This document shows, one piece after another, positions 25,795-39,538 of a stretch of DNA of 64,000 nucleotides. Every line of letters begins with the position of its first letter. The stretch's first letter is position 1. Below the pieces are notes generated by a model. The model was not told the DNA's origin, did not search any database, and saw only the letters and a list, made by a program, of their open reading frames with translations. The translations under genes were made by a program, and so were the position numbers. Origin of the DNA: Mobula birostris (lineage: Eukaryota); NCBI RefSeq assembly GCF_030028105.1, contig NC_092377.1, positions 99,516,865 through 99,580,864 of the forward strand. Reading direction: 5' to 3'.

Positions 25795-26660
25795 GTCCTG
25801 TTCCCCCTCCTCCCCTCGCCCCCACCCCAACCCCTGTATCTGGGTTGTCTTCTTCCAGCCACCCCCATCGTTTCTGGGACATCCCACCCACACGTTAGGA
25901 TCACAACATTCCACCCACTGTCTGCCCCTCCTGTGTTGGCCTGTTTCCTCTCTCCCGTGTCTCTAGGTCACTCCTTCCACCACCCATCCCATTTCTGGGA
26001 TTTATCCTTCCGCACTTACACGTTACCAGCTCTCCTATTCTCCATTCCCCATCTGTGGGTCATCTCCTCCCCCTGGTCTCAGAATCTCCTCCATCCACCT
26101 ACCCCGTTTCTGAATCTCCCTCCTCCCCCAGTATCTGGGTCCCTTTTGCACCTCTCTCTCACCCCATCACTGTGTCATAGTCTCTGGGATGCAACCTTTT
26201 TCCCCTCCTCTAGCCCTAATCTGTTTCTGAATGCCCCATATCCTCCCTCACCCATCTGGTCTCTGGGACAACTTCTTCCTCGTCTCTGGAACACTTCCCT
26301 GTGCCCTATCCCATTCCCCACATCCCCATAATCATCTCCGCGACACCCCGACATCGATCCCCTGTTCGGGGTTGCTTTATCTCCTTCCCTAAACATAATG
26401 GAATACCCCCTTCCTCCTCTTCTCACCCTCAATCCCAACTCTAGAATTCCCCTTTCCCCACCTCCCACAGCTATCTCTGTGATGCCTCACTACCACCTCC
26501 TTACCCAACACACCAACCCATCTATTTAACGCACCTTTCACCCTCTGACTTTGTGATGCCCCTTACCCTTGCTGAGTATGAGATGCCCCACTCATCACCA
26601 CACACTACTCCTGCGTCTCTGCGATGTGTGCACCCAATTAACCATCTCTGGGATTCTCCC
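25795..26660. repeat. Pyrimidine-rich cryptic repeat
   Basis: Recurrent CCC..TCT(C)TGGG motifs; a similar tract lies at 14850-15390. Confidence 0.55.
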
Positions 26661-26954
26661 AAATCCATAAGATACTCCTCGAAGTATTCAGGAAGCAAAA
26701 TCTTTGTTGTCCAGTGTAATTGGTGACTTTTGATCAGACTAAATGTTTTCAAAGAGTAAATAACATGTAGTTTTGTTGATTATTACGACCTGTAAGAATT
26801 TATCATGATTGCTATTCTGTGTTTGCAAATAAGGGATTAGAAGCTGTACAGATGTCAATTAGCCAATATCCATATATATTTGACAATTCTGAGCAAAAGT
26901 TTCAGAGCAGTTTGGTGACGGAGGAGGGGGTGTTCCAAGGGGAGGACATTCCCC

Positions 26955-27150
26955 TTGGAATGCATGGGTTTCCTCTAGGTGCTCCAGTTCCCTCACCCCC
27001 ACCCCCACAGTCCAAAGATGTACCGGTTAGTAGATTAATTGATCATGGTAAATTGTCCCATGATTAAGCTAGAATTGAATCAGTGGGTTCCTGGCAGTGC
27101 AGCTTAAAGGGCTGAAAGGGCTTATTCCAAGCTGTGTCTCTAAAAATAAG
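26955..27150 (+). mobile_element. V-SINE / HE1-like SINE fragment
   Basis: TGGGTTTCCTCTAGGTGCTCCAGTT..CACAGTCCAAAGATGT core with a CR1-like tail. Confidence 0.7.
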
Positions 27151-27159
27151 TTAAGGATT

Positions 27160-28800
27160 CACCCTTGAGGATTATAAAAAAGCCAGAAAAAAGAACTCAA
27201 GAAGGGAATTAGGAAGGCCAGAAGGAGCCATGAATAATTCTTGACAAGTGGGATTAAAGAGAATCCCAAGGCATTCTATATATACATCAGGAACAATATG
27301 ACAGCTAGGGGAGAAAGTAGGACCATTCAAGGATAAAGGGATACATTTGCTTGGCTGTGAAGGATTTGGTTGAAACCCTTAATGAGCACTTCCTATCAGT
27401 ATTTACCAAGCAGAAGGACATAGAGGATAGAGAGATCAATGCCAAGTGTATTGATATACCAGGGCACTTTATGGTAAAGCAGAAGGCACTGTGAGTCTCT
27501 TAAAGAGCATTAAGATGAGTAAGTCCCCATGGCTTGATGGAATATACCCCAGGTTATTGAGAGAGGCAAGAGGAGAGATTACTAAGGCCTTGATCAATGT
27601 CTTTGTGTCCTCTCCAGGGACAGGTGAGGTCCTGAAGGACTGGCAAGTGGGTAATATTGTTCCATTATTCAAAAAGGGAACCATGCATAATCCTAGAAAG
27701 TAGAGACCAGTGAGTCTCATCTCAGTGGTAGGGAAGATACTGGAGAGAATTCTTCAGAATAGGATTCATGTGCGTTTGGAAAATCGTGGCTTTATGGGGG
27801 GCAAGTAGTGTCGTACTAACTTGATTGAGAGTTTTGATGAGGTGATGAGGGTGTTTGATGAAGGTACAGTAGATCTGTTGTCTACATGGATTTTAGAAAG
27901 GCATTTGACAAAGTTCCTCATCCAGAAGATTGATTTGCATAGGTTTCATGGTAAATAGGCAATCTGGATTCACAACTGGCTTGTCTGTAGAAGACGGATG
28001 GTAGAGATTGAAGGGATTTACGCCAGCTGGAGATCTCTCATTACTGGTGATCCACAGGGATCTGGACTGGGATCTACTGTCTGTGATGTGTATAAATAAC
28101 CTCGATGAAAATGTAAATGGGTGGGTTTGTAAGTTTGTAGATGATGCAAAGATTGATGGTGTTGTGGATAGTGTAGAAAACTGGCAAAGAATACAGTGGG
28201 ATACAGATCAGTTGCAAATGTGGGCAGAAAAATGGCAGATGGATTTTTATCTGGTCAAATGTGAAGTGTAACACCTTGATAGGTCAAATGTAAATAGAAA
28301 GTACACTGTTGAAGGCAATACCCTCAATAGTGTTAATGAGCAGATGGATCTTGGGCTCCAAGTTCATAGCTCCATGAATGTGGCTACACAGGTCAATAAG
28401 GTGGTTAAGAAGGCAATTGGCAGGCTTACCTTTATTAGTTGAGGCACTGAGTTCAAAGGTCAGGAAGTTATATTGCAGCTTTATAAAACTCTAGTTAGAC
28501 AACATCAAGAGTATTGCATACAGTTTTGGTCACACCATTTGAAGCACCTTCAATAACTCCAAAAGACTGGGGTTTGGTGAAATACTGAAAGGCTTTTATT
28601 TGCTGTACAATACGACCTCCACAGTGAGTGTCTGCCCCCGGACTGAGGGGGAGGGGAAAGGCGGAACACCTTTATACAGGACTCTGTGGGAGGAGCCACA
28701 GGGGCAGTCAGCAGAGGAGCGTGTCCAGACAGTTAACTCAGTTACAACAAAAATGTGGTTTACCACATCATTATAGAAAGGATGTTGATACTCTGGAGAA
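27160..28800 (+). mobile_element. Old CR1 fragment
   Basis: KSPWLDGIYPRLLREAR, KFVDDAKI; many stops. Confidence 0.85.
28540..28767 (-). mobile_element. Short solo LTR
   Basis: TG...CA termini; flanks CCATT/TCATT; interrupts the CR1 codons WSHH|YRKDV. Confidence 0.75.
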
Positions 28801-29105
28801 ACACCTGCATCTCCTCTAAGGCCATGAGTATCACGAACTCATTCATGAACAATATTTGTGAGTGCATCACAGGTGAGGCTTCCTGCCTGGCCCATTACAA
28901 GAAACAGTCAACCAGCAGCTCCCCGGAGGTCCAGACTGCCATGCGGCTATCGCTGCTTGGGAAGCTGTCCAGTCTTGTCATGTCAGAAGGAACAATGTCG
29001 GTGACCGAGTACACCAACTCAAAGTGTATTTCCACAGGATCCTGACAAAACAAACTGAAAACCCAATGGCTCTATTAAATGTCACACACAGTTTCCATGG
29101 AAGAA
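28800..29105 (+). pseudogene. H2B: 5'-truncated histone H2B pseudogene
   Basis: [51 protein letters not shown]; decayed stem-loop ACCCAATGGCTCTATTAAATGTCAC and HDE-like GGAAGAATT. Confidence 0.9.
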
Positions 29106-30069
29106 TTGTCTTAATATTTTGACTATACTTTTCTATATCTGCCTCAATATTTCTCTTTCGGGAGATAATATTCATCAAGTTCATGTTGATGACAATTAGC
29201 TGTCCCCCTGCCTGGTGACATTCCTGTGATCCTGCACACTGAACTAACACGGAGCTTCCCCTTCTCCTGTCCCGTTAGTTTGTCTTCATCTTCAAGCACT
29301 TGTCCCACTGAACTCTCCATTGACAGAGGAAGACATTGATCAGGATTTTTGTATGCTTTCTGTTCTTCATGTTCTAGTGAATGCCTCTTCATTTCCCCAT
29401 TATACTGTTTCCTTGCTGCCCTGAATCTACATCAGAATAAATTAACTGTTGTATCGCTGTTTCTGTGTTTCCACCACAGACTGTGAAGTGACCCTTCCAT
29501 GATGTGATGTGTTTTCACAAAGAGGGACACATTCCCAGAGGCAGTTATGGTAGAATTAATTCACATTCTCTGTGGACAGTAACCAGGATTCAGTGACTGA
29601 TCATGCAGGGAGTCCATGTTCACAGAGAGGTTTCTGAGTGCTTCCTTTTGGTCTGTTGTTTAATTTTATTTTCTCTTTGGTGTTAAACTGAGGAGGCTGA
29701 GTCAGTGCCCAAGAGTATCAAAGCAGCAGGGCCCGGATCCGAGAGCCAGGAATGAGCACTAGGCCAGATTTAAAGTCTCAGTCTGTCAGGGTTGGGGTGA
29801 GGGAGTTATTCAGCTTGCTGCTTTGGGGGGTTTGTTCATCCCTGTGCTGAACTGAGGCTGTGGCCTGTAACTAACAGGCTCCTGGACCAGCTTTGTGACT
29901 TTAGTTCTGAGTATTATTTACTTTTTTTTACTTTTTGCACGATTTGTTCTTTTTTGCACATTGGGTGTTTGACAGTCTTTTTTCATGAGTTCTATTGGGT
30001 TTCTTTGTTTTGTGACAGTCTCTAAGGAGATGAATCTGAAGGCTCAATATAGTATACACAGTTTGAAGT

Positions 30070-30688
<619 letters not shown>

Positions 30689-30718
30689 AGAGATAAAGCG
30701 ACAATTTAAAAACCCAAA

Positions 30719-30760
30719 GGCTCTTTTCAGAGCCACTCAGATTGTCTGTGGAAGGGCTGA
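30719..30760 (+). terminator. Histone 3' stem-loop and HDE
   Basis: GGCTCTTTTCAGAGCC 30719-30734, then GGAAGGGCTGA. Confidence 0.95.
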
Positions 30761-30934
30761 GCACCGACTGCGGTGAGTCCGGGGCATTTCCGTTCAAAGT
30801 GTCTGTCGTAGACAAGGGCTTAAACTCTCAATCTAAAGTGCATTTCCTTCCCCGAAAAGAAAACAGTATTTATCTCCGCACTTTACCGGGTTTTACCAAT
30901 TGTACTGCGCATTTGACCGAAAATGAAGGTTCTC

Positions 30935-31075
30935 TCCACCCCCCCCCCCCCGCTTCCTGGTTAATGCAGAGCGATGCTTGATTGGCGGTAAAGCGCCTAA
31001 CGTAATTGGCGAGTGTAAACGCCCAATCAGAGAGCGGCCATGTTCACCGAAACATTGAAATTTGAGAAGTCCTCG
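30935..31075 (-). promoter_or_regulatory. Gene-less histone-promoter-like module downstream of H2A
   Basis: On the minus strand: CTCAAATTTC, GCTCTCTGATTGGG, two CCAAT boxes, then CCAGGAAGC followed by G13. Confidence 0.6.
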
Positions 31076-32748
31076 ACGAGTAAGTTAATTTTATAGAACA
31101 GTCTAAAAGTAAATAACTACAGATGTGTGCGAATAGGAGCCGTCACATGACCCTGATCCATTTTTACTATAAACAATGTAAATTTATTATCAAAATACGT
31201 ACACCACACACAGCCTTGAATTTCATCCTGTAGGCACCCACAAAGTAAACAATAGAATCTATGGAAAAGCTACACACAACAAAGACCGACAAACAAGAGG
31301 GGAAATCGTGCAAACAAAAATAGTAATATAAAACATTACCCGCAGAAACCCCGAAAATGAGTTCTCCGATATGAGAGATATGCATATTAGATTAGAGTCA
31401 ACTTTATTGTCATTGTGCCGAGTACAGATACAAAGCCAATGAAATGCAGTTAGCATATGACCAGAAAGGCAAAGGATAGTGTTATTTACAAAATAACTGC
31501 GAATAAAAAAGTGCTACAGCACACACATATAAAAGTACTGAGACAGTACAATACGGATGCAATACTGCTTAGCGCTGTGATGAGAGGTTCAGCAGGGTCA
31601 CAGCCTCAGGGAAGAAGCTCTTCCTGTGCCTGATGGTGCTGGAGCGGAGGAGAGTAAAAAGTCCATGGTTAGGGTGAGATGCACCCCTGATACAGTAATG
31701 CTTTTCGCCCTGCCCAGGCAGCGTTTATGGTAGATGTTCTCAATGCTGGGCAATTGGGTGCCAATATTCCGATCAGTACAAATGCTGATTCATGGAACAT
31801 GACAGGTTTTTATTAAGTTATGGACGGTTCGCAAACTGCGGTCGGGATCGGGAGTGTAATGTGAAGTTGTTTGTGAAAGGACCGTGAACCTATTCTGAAT
31901 CCCAAGAAGAATCAATAGTATTCATGACAATTACAAAGCACCTATTTAACCACCTTCACGGCAATTAAACCGCATCAGCAACAACAAAAATCTGCCTCAG
32001 AAGAATAAACTCTTTGAGTAAGGTTGTGTGTGCATGTCTGAAGATGGAACCAAGCTGATGTAGGAAAGTTTAAATGGGCGAGGAGAACCAATCACAACTC
32101 GCCCGGAGCCCGGTAACTCTGGCAGGGCGGTGGAGGCGGAAGTGGAAGAAGCTGACATTGAGAATCATTGCTTTTCTTGCAGCAGAGGAGGCTGCAGATC
32201 TCAGATCTGATCGAGTTATCTATACCCGGGGTGTGAAACTGCTCAAATGCTGATCGACACACGGGGATTCTGAGCGTACAAAACTGAGCTGACGGAAGGG
32301 ATGGGTCTGAACAGACGGTATTGTCCTGTGCCGGCTGAACAGCCTCACTCTCTGCCAGACATTCCTGGAATGGTTTTATTCTTTACCGGCGTGAGGGATT
32401 CGCCAGCAGGGACACCAATATCCCCAAATCCCTGGACGTTCTTGAGTGACTTTCTAGCCCATTTCAGAGGGCAGAGAAAGGTCGGCGACACCGTAGCGTG
32501 TCGGGAGTCACACAGAGGCCGCGGGAAGGACTGCAGATTTCCTCCCCTGGACAGAAAGGCTTTCACCACAGGCCAGTACGCTCCACACTGGACCAGCTGT
32601 TTATTCCAGACTGAGTGCTCTGGTGTGGTGCCCGCTGATTCTGGGAGCTCACACACTAAATGCTGTGTAGTGGAAATGAGTATGTTAATGAGGGCAATGT
32701 TGTTTACGTGGACCCCAGTGAGGAGTTTAACGTTTGAGGCATCGGAGT

Positions 32749-33274
32749 TGTCAGGATGCTGAAGCGGAGACCCAATTGCAGACCAAGTACTGTGCGCACT
32801 GTGATATTTACTGAGTAGCAAATCCAGGGGGGCAACAAAGTCGGCGTCAAAGTTCAGGCAGAGATCAAAACACTCAGAGAAATCCAAAAACCAGAATCGG
32901 GAAACAGGCAGAGTCGATATTCGACAAACAGAGTCAATATTCAGACAGACAGAGTACAGATATGAATACTGGAAAGGCTCAGGAAAATTCACTGGTACAA
33001 TCTGGCAACAAACAAGTGAGAACACAGGACTGAAATACACTGAGCAATAGAGAGGCAGATGATAGTTGGAGCACAATGAGACAGAAGTGGCAGCAAAACA
33101 GGTAGTGATGAGAAACAGGTGAGGGGTGGAGTACTCAGTAATACAGGGGCCGGAGTGAGGACAGGAGCACATGGGGCATGAAAACAGACAAGAGCACATG
33201 GCAATACAAAACCACAGACTGACGGCTAGGGGGATGACACACAAAAAGACAAAGTTCAACTGGGGGTACTGACA
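32749..33274 (-). mobile_element. Solo LTR with perfect 5-bp TSD
   Basis: TGTCAG...CTGACA termini; GGAGT at 32744-32748 and 33275-33279. Confidence 0.9.
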
Positions 33275-33289
33275 GGAGTCTGGTCCAAA

Positions 33290-33880
33290 CTGTTCGAGCC
33301 CATAAGATACGAGGTGAGGTGGCAAACTGGAACTAAAATCAGCTTGGTTTATGGGAGGCCGAGGATGGTGGTGGAGAGTTGTTCTTCTCACTAGAAGGCT
33401 GTGACCAGTGGTGTATCACACGGATTGGTGCTAGGATCCTTTATGTTTGTGGCAGACAGCAACAACTTGGATGTTAAAGTAGGTGGTGTGATCAGCAAGT
33501 TTACAAGTGACACAAATATCTGTGGAGGTGTAAAGAGTGAGGAAGCCTGACTTAGATACAACATGATATTCATCAGCTGGTCCGTCAGGCAGAGGAATGG
33601 GAGGTGGAATTCAATCTTGACAAGTGAGAGGGAAATGGTACATTGGTGTAAGTCACAGGGGGTGGAGATCAGAAATAGGGAAGTACTGATATGGTTGTAC
33701 AGGGAGTTGTTGAAGTCACAGCGAGGAAACAGATACAAGTTCTTTGGGATTTGGAAAATTGAGGGGTGACCTTCCTGAATCACACAAAGCCCTTAGGAGT
33801 GCTGACGAGAGAGATGTTGGGATGTTTCCAGAGTTACAAGGTCAGAGAGCTATTTAAAGCTGATGTGCGGGAACATCTCA
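33290..33880 (+). mobile_element. Old CR1 RT fragment
   Basis: KAVTSGVSHGLVLGS, SKFTSDTNICG remnants. Confidence 0.7.
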
Positions 33881-34749
33881 TGTCCCACAAATACTTGGAA
33901 GCCTGCAGAAATGTGCCAGTGGGACACACTTGGTTTTTACAGTGACAGGTAACTGATACTGCACCGTGTGACCTCTACATCTGAATAGAGAACTGACAGG
34001 AATCAATGAAAACACACCACACTGCATTGTCCGGAAACAGTCAGCAATGTTCCACTCGGACAATGAACTTTCCAACATTGTCCTTCACCGTAAGGACAGA
34101 GACCTACAAAACTCTCCACACTGTGCAGTGAGCACACAGGCCTGTACACACCCAGCATTAGGGATCAAAGTGTTAACCTGTCTGTAGTACCAGAGGGTGT
34201 GGACTGAATTGTATAGTTCTCAGCTGTATTCATTAAAGAGAAAGGCATTGTACTCTGGACTTAGCCACCACAGGCACCTGTATAAATGAATTTCACAGAT
34301 TCACCACCCTCGAGCTGCAGAAATTCTTTATTACCTCTGTTCTAAATGGATGTTCCTCCATTCTGAAACTGTGCCAGCATATCTTAGACAAGGAGTCCAA
34401 AGCTGCTCACATTATTTCAAGTACAGTCTGACTAATGTCATAGAAACATAGAAAACCTACAACACAATACAGGTCCTTTGGCCCACAAAGCTGTGCCGAA
34501 CATGTCCTTATCTTAGACATTACCTAGGGTTACCCATAGCCTTGTATTTTTCTAATCTCTATGGACCTGTCCAGGAGTCTCTTAAAAGACCCTATCATAT
34601 CTGCCTCCACCACCGCCGCTGGCAGCCCATTCCACGCACTCGCCACTCTCTGCATACAAAACTTAGCCCTGACATCTCCTCTGTACCTGCTTACAAGCAC
34701 CTGCTGGCCAAGATGTCGATCCAGGCAGTCCCATTTGCCTGCATTTGAA

Positions 34750-36330
34750 ACGAATTTATTACTTATATCCTTCATATACATGAGGAGTAAAGATCTTTAC
34801 ATTACGTCTCTGTCTAATGTGCAATTTATAGTAAATTATAAATACGATGTACAACAGGACAGTCAATATAACATGGAAATACAGTAGCATCAGCATGAAT
34901 TAATCAGTCTGACGGCCTGGTGGAAGAAGATGACCCAGAGCCTGTTGGTCCTGGCTTTTATGCTGCGGTACTGTTTCCCGGATGGTAGCAGCAAGAACAG
35001 TTTGTGGTTGGGCTGAGTCAGATCTCCAATAATCCTTTGGGCCCTTTTTACACACCTGTCCTTGTAAATGTCCTGAAGAGTGGGAAGTTCACATCTACAG
35101 ATGCTCTGGGCTGTCCACACCACTCTCTGCAGAGTCCTGTGATTCAGGGAACTACAGTTCCCATACCAGGCAGTGATGCAGCCAGTCAGGATGCTCTCAG
35201 TTGTACCCCTGTAGAGAGTTCTTAGAATTTGGGAGCCCGTACCAAAGTTCCTCAACCGTCTGATGTGAAAGAGACTTTGTTGTGCCTTTTTCACCACACA
35301 GCCAGTATGTACAGACCATGTGAGATCCTCAGTGATGTGGATGCCAAGGAACTTAAAGCTGTTCACCCTCTCAACCCGAGATCCATTGATGTCAATAGGA
35401 GCTAGCCTGTCTCCATGCCTCCTGTCGTCCACAACCAGCTTCTTTGTTTTTGCGACATTGAGGGAGAAGTTATTTTCTTGGCACCACTGTGTCAGGGTGA
35501 TGACTTCTTCCCTGCAGGCTGCCTTGTTATTATTTGAAATTAGGCCATCAGTGTAGTGTTGTCAGCAATTTTAATATGCAGATTGGAGCTGTGGGTGGCG
35601 ATACAGTCATGGGTATACAGAGAGTAAAGGAGGGAGCTTACGACACAGCCCTGAGGGGCACCTGTGTTGAGAGTCAGAGGGTTGGAGGTGAGGGAGCCCA
35701 TTCTTACCACCTGCTGGCGATCAGACAGAAAGTCCAGGATCCAGCTACACAAGGCAGGGTGAAGGCCAAGGTCTCTGAGCTTCTTGTCGAGCCTGGATGG
35801 AATTATGGTGTTGGATGCTGAACTGTAGTCCAAGAACAGCATTCTCACATAAGCATCCTTCTTTTCCAGATGCATAAGGATGGTGTGTAGAGTTAAGTCT
35901 ATTGCGTCATCTGTCGATCGGTAGGCAAAATGTAGATGGTCCATTGTGGGTGGTAGCGTGCTGCAGATGTCGTCCTTGACCAGCATCTCAAAGCATTTGC
36001 TTATTATTGAGGTGAGTGTGACCGGACGCCAGTCATTCAGACATGTTACATTGGTCGTTTTAGGGACTGAAACAATAGCAGGAAGGCACTCTACACTGTG
36101 AGGGGGAGAGATTAAAAATGCCTGTAACCACACCTGCCAGTTGTGCCATGCACATCCTGAGTACCCACCGTGGGATGCCGTCCAATGCCGTAGCCTTATG
36201 ACTGTCCACTCGTTGGAAACACCTGCATACTTCATCCTTAGAGATGACCAAGCTGCAGATGGCATCAACTGTAGGTCTCCTCAGGGGCTCAGTGTTGGCA
36301 GCATCAAATTGAGGGGAGAAAAGATTTAGC
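34750..36330 (-). mobile_element. Rex1/Babar-type LINE, RT half
   Basis: LNDWRPVTLTSIISKCFE, YVRMLFLDYSSA.NTIIP, TGAPQGCV, SFKFLGIHITEDLTW. Confidence 0.85.
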
Positions 36331-36419
36331 TCATCTGGGAGAGAGGCAGCAATGCTGGAAACTCCACTTCATTCAGCTTTGAAGTCTGCGATGGCGTGCA
36401 GACCTTACCATAAGCTGCA

Positions 36420-38880
36420 TAATTTGTTGGTGGAAAGTTGTGCCTGGATCATGTCCCAAACCCATCTATTAACTCCTATCTACTTTTCTAAATATCATTT
36501 AGGTGTTGTGATTGTGACTGCCTCAACCATTTCCTCTAGTAGCTTGTTCCATATACCTACCACGATCTGAGTCACTGAAGTCCCATTTAAATCTTTCCCC
36601 TCCCACCTTAAAGCTATGCTCTCTAGTTTTTTTAATCCCTTACCCTGGGGGAAAATGACAGAACAACCACTTGTGCCACTCATGATTTGATACAGTGCAA
36701 TAAGATCACCACTCAGTCTCCTGTGCTCCATGGAATAAAGTCCTTGCTTGTCCAACCTGACCCTACATGGTCAATAAGGTCACCAGTCAGTCTTCTGTAC
36801 TCTATGGAATAAAGTCCTTGCCTGCCTAGCCTGACCACATAAGTTAGTCTCTGTCGTCCTGGCAACAGCCTCATAAATTTTGTACTCTTCCCATGTAAAT
36901 GGTGTCCTTCCTATAACACTGTAACCAAACTGTACCCAGTACTCTAGTTGTGGCCTCCCCAACATCATGTACAACTGTAGAAATAACATCCCAGTTACCA
37001 TATTAACAGATAGACTTGTGACATTGAGGGTGATATTGGAGGGTAGCCTCTGAGGTGGGATGTCTGTGACCAGTGGTAGATGGCAGAGATACGTGCTGGG
37101 TTTGAAGTTCACAGATAACACAGAATTGGTGTTTTGCGTCCTGTTCTGGTCACCACACCAAACCTGATTGCTGCTCCAACATGTCATCAGCAAACAATGC
37201 AACCAATAGCAACTTCCGACTGATAGTTCACAAAACTACTTCCTTTACTACCACTTTCAAATATGATTCTACTACAAAGTCGTGTGTGATTGGAACCTGT
37301 GATTTACATTTTGGTGGTGTGTTTTTGGGCCAATTGATTGATCTGGCACTTTGCTGTCTCTGAGAGAGTTCGATGAGGATAGGAGCAGAATGTGTGGCCT
37401 GGTAGCCTGGAGCCCATGATCAACACCATTACTTCTCTGTGATTAAGGCATCAAGCAAGCTGAAGCCAACAAAGACAAGAGCAGAGAGCCAGCCGGTGTT
37501 CAGCGCTGTTTGCCTGGTCTTCCTCTCTCTTTCTCGCTAGCTACTGTTGGAGGAAAGTGAAGCAGTCTTGGGATCCACATTGGCAGGATTGATCAGAGAG
37601 GTTGTGGACTTGTCTTGGACTTTGAGGTTCATGTTGCATGTGTTCCTGAATACTGTTTTTGAACAGTTTGATTGGGACAATTGATGTGGACTGGGGCACT
37701 TCAGCAAAGAATGCATTGGCTGGAGGTATAGTGCTGAACTAAACTAAACTGAATTCTCCTGGTTTGATATTCTATGTGTTGTGCACTCGCTTTTTGCCAT
37801 TTGCACAATTTCCTTTTTTTTTCAATCATTGGGTGTTTCATGTTTTCTCGATGGGTCGTATTGTGCTTTTTTTTAGCTTTATTGCTGCCTGTAGGATAAA
37901 TCTCAGAGCCGTATTCTGTATACATACTTTGTAAATAAATGTACTGTGAACCTTTGAAGAGATGTGACTACAATTGAGAGACTGCAGAAAAAAGTCCAGA
38001 CAAATGTTGTATAGGCTGGTTGGCTTCAGTTATAAGGGATTGAAAAGGCGGGGGTTTTCCCTGGAGTGAAGGAATCTGAGAGGTGACATTAATCAGGTAT
38101 GTAGAATGATATGAGGCATAGAATGGATAAATTATCAGAGTCTATTTTCCATGGTAGCAGTATCTCAATCTAGAGGCTGTGAGTTCAAAGTGACAGGGTG
38201 GAGGCTCAGGGGAATCTGAGAGGTAAATTTCTCACAGACAAAGAAGCTAATATCTGGGATGAGCTGCCAAAGGAGATGATGGAGGCAGGAACCCACACGG
38301 TCTCACTGTTCAATAACACAACTCAGGATCCTGTCATTCACTGTGATCAGCTTCCCTGGTTTAACTCCCCAAAACAGAGTCACAGATGTATACAGCACAG
38401 AAATAGGCCCTTTGGCCAACTCATCCATGTCGACCAAGCTGCACCAAATTGCCTTCAATTAGGCTGTTTCACTCCAAATCTTTCCTCTCCATGTACCTGC
38501 TCAGACATATTGTGAATATACCTACCTCTACAGCTTCTTCCACATATCCTTCTGTGGGAAATGTTGTCCCTCAGGTCCCTTACAATCTCTGTCCTCTCAC
38601 AATATCTATGCCCTTTACACTTAAACATTCCTCTGTTTGGGGGAAGAGACTGATCGTCCACATTATTGATACCTCTCATGATTATATAAACCTGTACAAA
38701 GTCTTTATACTCCAAGGAAAAGTCCCAGTCTATCAATTCTCTGTTTATAACTCAAGCCCTCTCCATATAACTCCGGCCCCAGGGATATCCTTGTGAATAT
38801 GTTCTACTCCCTTTCCAGCTTAAATAACTTATTTCCTGTGGCTCTGTGACCAAAACTGCACATAGACCACAAGAAGTCTC
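36420..38880. mobile_element. Mosaic of old CR1 3' fragments in both orientations
   Basis: LYSMEHRRLSGDLI, RPQLEYWVQF, IWDELPKEMMEAG remnants. Confidence 0.6.
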
Positions 38881-38940
38881 AGAAATATGTTGTGCAGAGT
38901 AACATGACACCGTCATTGCCTCCACCCCTCTCCGCACTGC

Positions 38941-39091
38941 NNNNNNNNNNNNNNNNNNNNNNNNNNNNNNNNNNNNNNNNNNNNNNNNNNNNNNNNNNNN
39001 NNNNNNNNNNNNNNNNNNNNNNNNNNNNNNNNNNNNNNNNNNNNNNNNNNNNNNNNNNNNNNNNNNNNNNNNNNNNNNNNNNNNNNNNNNN
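38941..39091. other. Assembly gap in the H4 promoter
   Basis: Run of 151 N. Confidence 0.99.
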
Positions 39092-39142
39092 AGGTCGGGG
39101 CGCTGTGTATAAAAGTTTGTTACTGAACAACGACTGGAGTGA

Positions 39143-39463
<321 letters not shown>

Positions 39464-39495
39464 GGAACTCTTCGTTCTTCCAAACACAAAACAAA

Positions 39496-39538
39496 GGCTC
39501 TTCTAAGAGCCGCCCACAGGCTCGCGGGGAGAGCAGGT
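39496..39538 (+). terminator. Histone stem-loop and HDE
   Basis: GGCTCTTCTAAGAGCC 39496-39511; GGGGAGAGCAG. Confidence 0.93.

Noticed and set aside
32345-33391. 348-aa minus-strand ORF
   Set aside because: Runs across a CR1 remnant, a solo LTR and unique DNA; no recognisable domain.
33930-33955. TTTTTACAG-TGACAG-GTAACT as a possible 6-nt micro-exon
   Set aside because: No gene context; easily arises by chance.
36700-36840. Diverged tandem duplication of about 75 bp
   Set aside because: Lies inside a CR1 remnant; ordinary TE decay.
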